Shown: positions 20,067 to 26,930 of the stretch, one piece after another
Position numbering within the stretch: the first letter of the stretch is position 1
Layout of the letters: each line of letters begins with the position of its first letter
Source: Chthoniobacterales bacterium
GTDB taxonomy: Bacteria > Verrucomicrobiota > Verrucomicrobiia > Chthoniobacterales > JAFAMB01
Assembly: GCA_035938215.1 (NCBI GenBank)
Contig: DASZHC010000089.1
Span: forward strand, 1-49,488
Direction of reading: 5' to 3'
DNA: 49,488 nt
The notes under the pieces: generated by a model
What the model saw: only the letters and a program-made list of their open reading frames with translations
What the model was told of the DNA's origin: nothing
Database searches by the model: none
Translations under genes and position numbers: made by a program

Positions 20067-21068
20067 ATGGCCCAATATTCAGAGAACGCGATCGCGGATA
20101 GCACCGCATCGCTAAGACGTTGGATACTTCCGGCGATCGCCCTGTCATTCCTGTTTCACACAGGACTTTATTACTATTTCAGTCACAAAAGCCTCGAGCG
20201 GTTTGCGGCGAATGACACTCCCCGGTTGGTTCCTAGAGTTTTCAATGTGAACCGGTTGCAAGTCGATCAGAAGCTGTTGCAATCCGATTCCAAGCCCGCC
20301 AGCACCCCGGGCAGGGCACAGGGTGACTCCAACACCCTGAAGAATATCACCCGGTTCGACGGATCGTTTGAAAAGGATATGCGCGACCTGCGGGCGACTC
20401 CGGAGGCGAATTCGCCTGAGGTCGCACAGCTCAAAGAGAAGCCTAGCGTCGATTCGCAGGCTGCCCAAGCGGCCGCCGCGAAAGCAAAAGCTGAAAGCGC
20501 CGCCGCTGTTGAGAAGGAGCTAAGCGAGGTGCGCCAACAGTTGCTTTCAGATAAACCCGATGTTCCCAATCGGCCTAAGCTCGCGGCCGGCAGGAAACCC
20601 CCTGGCAAACCCGACAGCGAAGATGATATCACTGCCGCTGCAGGCATCCCAGCGGGTTTCAGCAACCTGGATGAACTGCTGTCCGGTTCGGGTAAACTCG
20701 GGAGCGGAACCGCACCGATTATCATGCCAACAGATCTGTTATTTGACTACGATTCGGCGAATCTCCGGCCAGGAGCTACCGCCAGCCTCCAAAAATTGGG
20801 CCGGCTAGTTCAACGGAACCCTCAGTCCGTTTTCAAGGTGGAGGGGCATACCGACTCTTTTGGCAGCGATCCGTACAACCTTGACCTGAGCCAGAGGAGG
20901 GCTGAGACCGTAAAATCCTGGCTCGTAGAAAATATGAGCATCGATCCGGATCGCATTCAAACGCAGGGATACGGTAAGTCCCGTTTGCTCGTCCCTGGCG
21001 ATCGTTCCGTTGAGGAGCAACAGCTCAACCGCCGCGTCGAAATCGTTATCCGAACGAAGAAAGGCTAG
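20067..21068 (+). CDS. OmpA-family peptidoglycan-binding protein with N-terminal membrane anchor
   Basis: Start set at ATG 20067 (MAQYSEN; the ORF-track start 19617 is antisense to glyQS). TM helix WILPAIALSFLFHTGLYYYF. Canonical OmpA_C: FDYDSANL...VEGHTDSFGSDPYNLDLSQRRAETV...NRRVEIVI. Confidence 0.85.
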   Translation: MAQYSENAIADSTASLRRWILPAIALSFLFHTGLYYYFSHKSLERFAANDTPRLVPRVFNVNRLQVDQKLLQSDSKPASTPGRAQGDSNTLKNITRFDGSFEKDMRDLRATPEANSPEVAQLKEKPSVDSQAAQAAAAKAKAESAAAVEKELSEVRQQLLSDKPDVPNRPKLAAGRKPPGKPDSEDDITAAAGIPAGFSNLDELLSGSGKLGSGTAPIIMPTDLLFDYDSANLRPGATASLQKLGRLVQRNPQSVFKVEGHTDSFGSDPYNLDLSQRRAETVKSWLVENMSIDPDRIQTQGYGKSRLLVPGDRSVEEQQLNRRVEIVIRTKKG

Positions 21069-21124
21069 TGTGCCGTCTCGCGTATAATGGTGGTGTCGCC
21101 GCTATATGCGACACGGCACACTAG
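21065..21124. repeat. Family A minimal palindromic element; probable bidirectional terminator hairpin
   Basis: 60 bp: two 22-nt arms (CTAGTGTGCCGTCTCGCGTATA and its inverse, 2 mismatches) around the 16-nt core ATGGTGGTGTCGCCGC. The two terminal CTAGs provide the TAG stops of the convergent genes ending at 21068 (+) and 21121 (-). GTTTTT follows on the plus strand. Confidence 0.8.
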
Positions 21125-22299
21125 GTTTTTGGCATAACGCCGATATATCTCGCTCTGGGCCGGATAACCGTTTGGCTTGAATTCTGTTCGGCTGCGTGTC
21201 CGATCCAGCCCGCGAGTCTGCCAAGGGCGAATAAATGAAATCCGGCCTGGGACGGAAGTCCCAGGACGCTCCCTGCGGCCGCAAGCGCCATGTCGAGATT
21301 GGCAAAACGTTGAAGTGTGCGTTCCGACTGCGCGATGACGCGGCAGATCTTCGAATACCCGTCTGGATACTCTTCTTTCAGCAACTGGAAGATTAGCTTT
21401 GCCCGGGGGTCTCCTCCGGGATAGGCCGGATGCCCGAAACCCGATATCTCTTCGCCAGAGCGAAGAAGGCTATAGATCAGCTGGCGAACGCTTCCCCCAA
21501 GCAACTGCCGGAGCAGAAGTTCAGCCCTGGTTGAAGCTCGTCCATGACGGGAACCGGAAAAAGCGCACATCGCAGCGCTGACGATCTCGTAAATATTCGA
21601 GCCAGCGGAAGTCACCACACGCGCTGTAAATGAAGAAACATTCAATTCGTGATCCAGGGTCAAAATCAGAACGGCGTTCAGAATTCGTTGCGCGCCAGGG
21701 CGACTCCTGCACCAGCATTCCTGAAGCTCGCCGGCTGCCCGGCGGAGCTCGGGATTTTGCTTCCTCGTCAAAATCGCCAGGAACTGCCGCACGATAGCAG
21801 CTCCAGTTGAACCGAGTGCGGGAAATTGGAGGTGATATCCCGCGGGATCTGTGGACGAAAGGTCGCTGAGCCAGGATTTGAGGGTCTGGAAAGGATCTGA
21901 TCCGCTTTTGTGCCAGTGATGAACAGGGCCGGAAGCGACAAAGCAAGAATCCCAACTGCCGGTCCAAAACCAGCACGCTACCTCCCAGAAAGAGTGCGTA
22001 CGAGCGAGGTCGAGGGCGTTTGCACCTCTGTAGTAGAGATTTTCGTTTGCGATCAGCGTTAGGGCTGAATCCAGGATGGGAGCTCCCCAAAGCAACGTTG
22101 ACTGCACCTCGCTCTGCGGTCTGCTCCGAATTCGCTTTCTTGCCTTTAATTGATCAATATCGAGACGATTGTAGAGACGCGAACGGGAGTCTTTTCCTTG
22201 CAGTGAGCGGATCAAGCCTCGGCTGACGTACGCGTAAAGGGTCGGTTTAGATATATCAAGAATCGCTGCCGCCTCCTCGGCCGAGAGATAGACATCCAT
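21121..22299 (-). CDS. Citrate-synthase-family protein with N-terminal excisionase/MerR-type HTH
   Basis: 392 aa. N-terminus LSAEEAAAILDISKPTLYAYVSRGLI (HTH_17-like). The body carries citrate-synthase-like motifs: DHELNVSSF, SGSRHGRAS, GFGHPAYPGGDPRA, ANLDMA, GRLAGWIGHAAEQ...IRPRARYIG. Confidence 0.85.
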   Translation of the reverse strand: MDVYLSAEEAAAILDISKPTLYAYVSRGLIRSLQGKDSRSRLYNRLDIDQLKARKRIRSRPQSEVQSTLLWGAPILDSALTLIANENLYYRGANALDLARTHSFWEVACWFWTGSWDSCFVASGPVHHWHKSGSDPFQTLKSWLSDLSSTDPAGYHLQFPALGSTGAAIVRQFLAILTRKQNPELRRAAGELQECWCRSRPGAQRILNAVLILTLDHELNVSSFTARVVTSAGSNIYEIVSAAMCAFSGSRHGRASTRAELLLRQLLGGSVRQLIYSLLRSGEEISGFGHPAYPGGDPRAKLIFQLLKEEYPDGYSKICRVIAQSERTLQRFANLDMALAAAGSVLGLPSQAGFHLFALGRLAGWIGHAAEQNSSQTVIRPRARYIGVMPKT

Positions 22300-22315
22300 G
22301 GAATGATAGAAAGAT

Positions 22316-22337
22316 ATATTGATTTATGAATCAATAT
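22316..22337. promoter_or_regulatory. Perfect 9-4-9 palindrome in the divergent promoter region (candidate operator)
   Basis: ATATTGATT-TATG-AATCAATAT lies in the 72-nt spacer between the ATGs at 22299 (-) and 22372 (+). Confidence 0.55.
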
Positions 22338-22371
22338 TGAATTCTGCAAATGCCGTTGTTTAGTCCACGTA

Positions 22372-23667
22372 ATGAATGCGCCCCCTGAATCCCCAAACTA
22401 CTTCGCGCACCAGTTTCCAAAAGAAAGTTTTCCACAATACGGTTGGCTGTCCCGCCCTGACTCATTTCCAGCTGAGGTCTGGAGCACCGAAACGACACAT
22501 CGTGACGGCCAGCAAGGAGGCTTGCCCTTAAACACCCAACAAAGTCTTCGAATCTACGATCTCCTTTGCCGGTTTACCGGATCTTCAGGCGCAATCCGAC
22601 AGGCCGAATTCTTTGTGTATCGAAAGCAGGATCTCGATGCGTTTCGCGCCGTGCAGGAACGCTACGCCCAGGGAGCCCCAATCGAACCGACGACCTGGAT
22701 TCGGGCCGCGGCAAAAGATGTGAAATTGATCCAGTCGCTCGGAGTGCGCGAATCAGGTCTTCTCGCTTCAATCTCGGACTATCATGTGTTTCACAAATTT
22801 CATCCCGGTGGCCGTCTGCAGGCCGTCGAGATCTACCTGGATGCGGTTAGGATGGCACTCGACGCCGGCATTCGGCCGCGTCTCCATTTGGAAGACATAT
22901 CGCGAGCTGACATAGACTTCGTCCGTCGGTTCGTGCAATTGGTGCTCGAACGGGCATCGAACTATCCGGCGTCCCTCCGCCCGAAATTTCGAGTCTGCGA
23001 CACCTTGGGATTGGCGCTGCCGGATGAAGATGTGCCACTTCCGCGAGGAATACCGAAACTGATCAAAGCCCTTCGAGCCACGGGACTGGAATCGATTGAT
23101 CTTGAGTTTCATCCGCACAACGACACCGGCTTGATCGTAGCGAACTGTCTTTCTGCCATCCGACATGGATGCGCAGTCATCAACGGAACCTGCCTTGGGA
23201 AGGGAGAACGGACAGGGAATGCGCCCTTGGAACTCATTCTGTTTCACTTGATCGGAATGGGTTACTACGGGTCCTGCAAACCAAACTTCAAGGCGCTAAA
23301 TGAGCTCGCAAAAATGTACTCCGAGATGGGCCAACCCCTTGCCGATAAATATCCGATCTACGGGCGCGACGCTCATCGCACTCGTGCCGGGATTCACGCC
23401 GACGGCTTGAACAAATTCTGGTGGATGTACGCCCCGTTCGACGTTCCCAAATTGATTGGCAGGCCGCTCGAAGTGTCGCTTACCAAGGATTCCGGGCTCG
23501 CCGGTCTTATTTTTATTACGCGCCAACGCCTTCAAAAAGACTTCGACAAAAACAATTCAATGATCCAGCGAGCACACCAATGGATGCAACAACAATTTGA
23601 TGAAGGACGTCAGACAGCGGTTGAATGGGAAGAAATCGAAAAATTCTTCGCCAGCGGCGCGAGTTGA
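22372..23667 (+). CDS. HMGL-like (DRE-TIM) acyl-CoA:2-oxoacid condensing enzyme (homocitrate / isopropylmalate / Re-citrate-synthase family)
   Basis: 431 aa with motifs ETTHRDGQQ, HPHNDTGLIVAN and GKGERTGNAPLE. Substrate cannot be assigned by eye. Confidence 0.85.
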   Translation: MNAPPESPNYFAHQFPKESFPQYGWLSRPDSFPAEVWSTETTHRDGQQGGLPLNTQQSLRIYDLLCRFTGSSGAIRQAEFFVYRKQDLDAFRAVQERYAQGAPIEPTTWIRAAAKDVKLIQSLGVRESGLLASISDYHVFHKFHPGGRLQAVEIYLDAVRMALDAGIRPRLHLEDISRADIDFVRRFVQLVLERASNYPASLRPKFRVCDTLGLALPDEDVPLPRGIPKLIKALRATGLESIDLEFHPHNDTGLIVANCLSAIRHGCAVINGTCLGKGERTGNAPLELILFHLIGMGYYGSCKPNFKALNELAKMYSEMGQPLADKYPIYGRDAHRTRAGIHADGLNKFWWMYAPFDVPKLIGRPLEVSLTKDSGLAGLIFITRQRLQKDFDKNNSMIQRAHQWMQQQFDEGRQTAVEWEEIEKFFASGAS

Positions 23668-23676
23668 ACGCCGCCG

Positions 23677-24222
23677 TCACTGGTGGTATTTCACCGTCAT
23701 CCTTGCAACCGCAAGAGCATTCGCCTCAATCTGCTTGACGGCTTTTGCGGGAGCGGCATCCAGATTGGCGGGCAATTTTTCGACTTTGAGAGCGTAGAGA
23801 CTTACGACGTAACGATGCGCGGCACCAGGCGGGGGACAAGGTCCGCCATATCCGCGAGTCCCATAGTCGTTTACGCATCCCAACGCCCCGATCGGCGCCC
23901 GCCCGGATCCATCCGTCCCGGCGCCGGCCTCGAGTTTCGACACATTTCCCGGAATGTTAAACATTACCCAATGCGACCAGCCACCCGGCTTTGCGGCATC
24001 CAAATCAAGGATGGTGATTGCAAAGCTCCTTGAGCCCGAAGGAGCGCCTGACCAATCCAATTCCGGCGACACGTTGGATCCGTGACATCCCGATCGATTG
24101 TAAACGCTTTCCAAAGGGACACTCTCACCCTCCTGCCACGTTGTGCTTTTCAGGCGAAATCCCCCACCTGCGAACACGCTTGTACAGGGCGCAAAGCAAA
24201 CCAGAAAAATACACGCAAGCAT
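23677..24222 (-). CDS. Secreted YbhB/YbcL-family PEBP protein
   Basis: Start set at ATG 24222 (signal-like MLACIFLVCFAPCTSVFA). PEBP motif GYGGPCPPPGAAHRYVVSLYAL. The ORF-track extension to 24711 runs through repeat DNA. Confidence 0.85.
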   Translation of the reverse strand: MLACIFLVCFAPCTSVFAGGGFRLKSTTWQEGESVPLESVYNRSGCHGSNVSPELDWSGAPSGSRSFAITILDLDAAKPGGWSHWVMFNIPGNVSKLEAGAGTDGSGRAPIGALGCVNDYGTRGYGGPCPPPGAAHRYVVSLYALKVEKLPANLDAAPAKAVKQIEANALAVARMTVKYHQ

Positions 24223-24271
24223 CTTCACAGGCGCAACTATCAACCTCACAGGAGCCGCTATCAACCGAAGC

Positions 24272-24506
24272 CTGGTGCACCGTCTCCTAAATCCCTTGGG
24301 TTTCGCCGCAGGCCGGTTGGGGTTGCGTTGAAAAGGGGCGGCTGCTTTGTTGCTCGTCAGCACGTCCCGCCCCACTTTCACGCTGCCCAAGAGACCGAGA
24401 GTAGGAGGAATATAGAAAGTGGAGCGGGATGCTCCTTCCTCGCACCTCGCAGACGACCCATTTTGAACGCAACGAAGCCCAAGGGATTTAGGAGGCGGTG
24501 CACTAG
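24272..24506 (+). repeat. Family B long-hairpin element (24286..24492) nested between family A termini
   Basis: 18-nt TIRs CCTAAATCCCTTGGGTTT / AAGCCCAAGGGATTTAGG. Inner stem CGTCCCGCCCCACTTTC / GAAAGTGGAGCGGGATG. Flanked by CTGGTGCACCGTCTC (24272-24286) and GAGGCGGTGCACTAG (24492-24506). An inverted homolog lies at 39766..39954. Confidence 0.8.
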
Positions 24507-24566
24507 CCCGGTCACGCATGACCGGCAGCCTGGGAGAGCGAGGAGCCGTAGATCGATCCCTTTTTT

Positions 24567-25646
24567 TTATTCGAGAGGGTGGAACTCGCCTGTCTTTGAC
24601 AGCAGGATTGAGACCCATCGCGTCGAACGGAAGTTGGATAGAACGATTACCAAAATAACAGTCAGCGGAACGCAGAGAAATGCGCCGACGATGCCCCAAA
24701 GCGATCCCCAAACAATCAGCGCAATGATGACCGTTAGAGGACTCAAATTTAGAGTCTCTCCCATGACATTGGGCTCAACAATATTTCCCATGAGCTGCGC
24801 GATCGCCGTGATCCCGATGCCGATCACGAGGCATGGCCCGAGATTATCAAATTGCACGGCTGCTAATAAGGTCGGAAGGATCGTTGCAACAACAATTCCA
24901 ATCGTTGGGATAAAATGCAAAACGAATAGCAAGAGGGCCCAGAACTCCGCAAAATCGAGCCCGACTATCCGCATCAGAACATACGATAACGCCGCGCTCG
25001 CAAAACTGACTGCTGTCTTTACACCCAGATAGGTATGAATGTCGTGATCAATTCGACGAATGATTCGAATCGCATTTTTTCGACGTTCGATGTCCGGAAA
25101 TAGCGCCTGCACTTTGACCGGAACAAAACGCCGTTCAAGCATGATAAAAAGGCCATAAATTACAACGAGGGTAACGTCCTCCAAAACCCCGGCGACCGCT
25201 TTAGCAACGCTTGAGAAAACTAGCCGAAGATCAATTGCGGTCAGAAGCTGACGCAATTCGGGCGGTTCCTCAATTCCAACCCTGGCAAATGCCGCTGTTT
25301 CCAGTTGCTGCAGCCGCGTCTGGTATTTAGGGGCGGCTGCGGCTACGTGCAAGGCATTTTGTGCAACGATTTCCACCAAGGCAAATCCGAGGCCAAAGAT
25401 AATTCCAAAAGCCAAAATCACTGAAAAGACGTTGGGGAGCATCCTTCCCGCGATGCGGAATCTCCGAATTACGCGACTCACGACGTCAACGAGGTAAACG
25501 GCTATAACCGCCATTACCAACGGAACGAAAAAGTTCTCTCCTATACTCAGAATATAGAACGTGGAAATGACGATTCCGAGAGTCAGCGCAACGGAAACCA
25601 GCCGCCGTTGATAGCCGAAACGGGGGGCACTTTGGTCACTCATCAT
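24567..25646 (-). CDS. AI-2E family transporter (PerM/YhhT-like)
   Basis: 359-aa polytopic membrane ORF whose overall pattern is typical of the family, including the C-terminal GAFLCVPLTVILVIV helix. Family call is from recognition only. Confidence 0.8.
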   Translation of the reverse strand: MMSDQSAPRFGYQRRLVSVALTLGIVISTFYILSIGENFFVPLVMAVIAVYLVDVVSRVIRRFRIAGRMLPNVFSVILAFGIIFGLGFALVEIVAQNALHVAAAAPKYQTRLQQLETAAFARVGIEEPPELRQLLTAIDLRLVFSSVAKAVAGVLEDVTLVVIYGLFIMLERRFVPVKVQALFPDIERRKNAIRIIRRIDHDIHTYLGVKTAVSFASAALSYVLMRIVGLDFAEFWALLLFVLHFIPTIGIVVATILPTLLAAVQFDNLGPCLVIGIGITAIAQLMGNIVEPNVMGETLNLSPLTVIIALIVWGSLWGIVGAFLCVPLTVILVIVLSNFRSTRWVSILLSKTGEFHPLE

Positions 25647-25710
25647 TATTTTCGGTTTCTCAATCTACCGCCTCGGGAACAGCGTGCAAAGCTGACCGTC
25701 GGGTTTTCCC

Positions 25711-26553
25711 TTAGTGCGCGCGTTCTACCAAATTCTTTTGGTGCTTGTATATCTCTGTAATCAGACGCAGCGCTACAATCGAAAGAGGAACCGAAAATAA
25801 GTCACCTAGAATCGCAAAAATCGCCGCAAGCCACCATTGATCGTTCGTTGAACCATCAAGGGCAAGCTCCAGAGAAACCTGTGTGGCAACCGAATATAGT
25901 AGGAACAAAGCCCACCAGGTCCCAACTAGCCAGGATCCGCGACGCCGCATCCAGTTTTGGGGATCCTGACTCACACGCCAGATCTCGCTCATGACCTGGG
26001 CAGGACGAATCAAACTGAGGAAGGGAATAAAGTAGTATCCAACAGCCCAGCCCGGCGAGAAGCGCAAGCCTTCCGCGCCAAAGCCTTGAATATTCTTGTA
26101 AGCCCGGTAAACCCATCTGAGGAAGACAATACCGCTCACAAGACCAAGTCCCGCCTGCAGCAGCCCAACAACACCCTGCATTGGATCGTTGCTTGCCAAC
26201 TGGTCCGGAGTCAACTGACCGAGTTGCACACGAACAAGTTCTCCGAGGTCGACGATTAGCGCCAAACAGGCAACTACCACATTAGCGCAAAGCAGGGCTC
26301 GCAGAAATTTCGTTAAAGCCGTGGGGTCAACAACGAATTGATAACTCTCGGCCTCGAGCACAGGTTGAACCATCAAAGGTGCAGTCGGCGGCCGATCTCC
26401 GAGCCATTCCGTTACCGGTCTCCATTCGGACATCCCCTCTTGCCAGTAGATTGTGCCGCTAGGCATCAGCCCGCCGCTCCAGAGACGCCGGGTCTCTTCT
26501 TCGGATCTCTTCGTTCTCTGGCCGTCAGGATATCGGAGATAAATTGCGCCCAT
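25711..26553 (-). CDS. DUF4328 membrane protein with N-terminal GYF_2-like domain
   Basis: Start set at ATG 26553 (MGAIYLRYPDGQ...WQEGMSEWRPVTEWL). DUF4328 signature LRWVYRAYKNIQ...GWAVGYYFIPFLSLIRPAQVMSEIWRVS. Confidence 0.7.
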   Translation of the reverse strand: MGAIYLRYPDGQRTKRSEEETRRLWSGGLMPSGTIYWQEGMSEWRPVTEWLGDRPPTAPLMVQPVLEAESYQFVVDPTALTKFLRALLCANVVVACLALIVDLGELVRVQLGQLTPDQLASNDPMQGVVGLLQAGLGLVSGIVFLRWVYRAYKNIQGFGAEGLRFSPGWAVGYYFIPFLSLIRPAQVMSEIWRVSQDPQNWMRRRGSWLVGTWWALFLLYSVATQVSLELALDGSTNDQWWLAAIFAILGDLFSVPLSIVALRLITEIYKHQKNLVERAH

Positions 26554-26660
26554 TGGAAAGTGCCTTATAGAACTGTAGCGAGGCCGCGCTTCAGACCGGC
26601 GAGATCTCGGGATGGCATGGTCGGGTTCGGAGCGGCGTCGGTTGGGTGAAGCGGCCTCGG

Positions 26661-26756
26661 TAGAATCCTTGAAAAGCAAGGCCGTCTGATGGTTGATGCA
26701 CAGACACTGAAAAAACTTGGCTCATTTGCAATCGATTTTGCTTTTCAAGGATTCTA
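26661..26756 (-). repeat. Family D TIR element, copy 1
   Basis: 19-nt perfect TIRs TAGAATCCTTGAAAAGCAA / TTGCTTTTCAAGGATTCTA. The interior aligns, in reverse orientation, with the copy at 33693..33787. Confidence 0.8.
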
Positions 26757-26882
26757 GTCCCAGAGTGGCAAGTGACACAACCCTGGTTTGGGGACGGTGG
26801 CTCCGCGGGACCTGTAGGCGCCCTTGCGTTGGCCGAATTGCCACCCGATCGGGTGATTGAGGTCGGTTTGAGTCTGCCTAGG

Positions 26883-26923
26883 CTAGTGTGCCGTCTCGCA
26901 TATACACTAGTGTACCGTTTCGG
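26883..26923 (+). repeat. Family A partial copies (tandem left arms)
   Basis: CTAGTGTGCCGTCTCGCATATA followed directly by CACTAGTGTACCGTTTCGG, 8 nt before the kinase ATG. Confidence 0.65.
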
Positions 26924-26930
26924 AAATAGG

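Noticed and set aside
24286-24492. A strand-specific structured RNA inferred from G-U-compatible mismatches in the family B stem
   Set aside because: Of the two stem mismatches, one is a wobble pair only on the plus strand and the other only on the minus strand. No strand preference can be inferred from two copies.
26715-26735. A sigma-54 promoter-like TTGGCTCATTTGCA inside repeat D1
   Set aside because: The GG-to-GC spacing is 7 nt rather than the required 10 nt.
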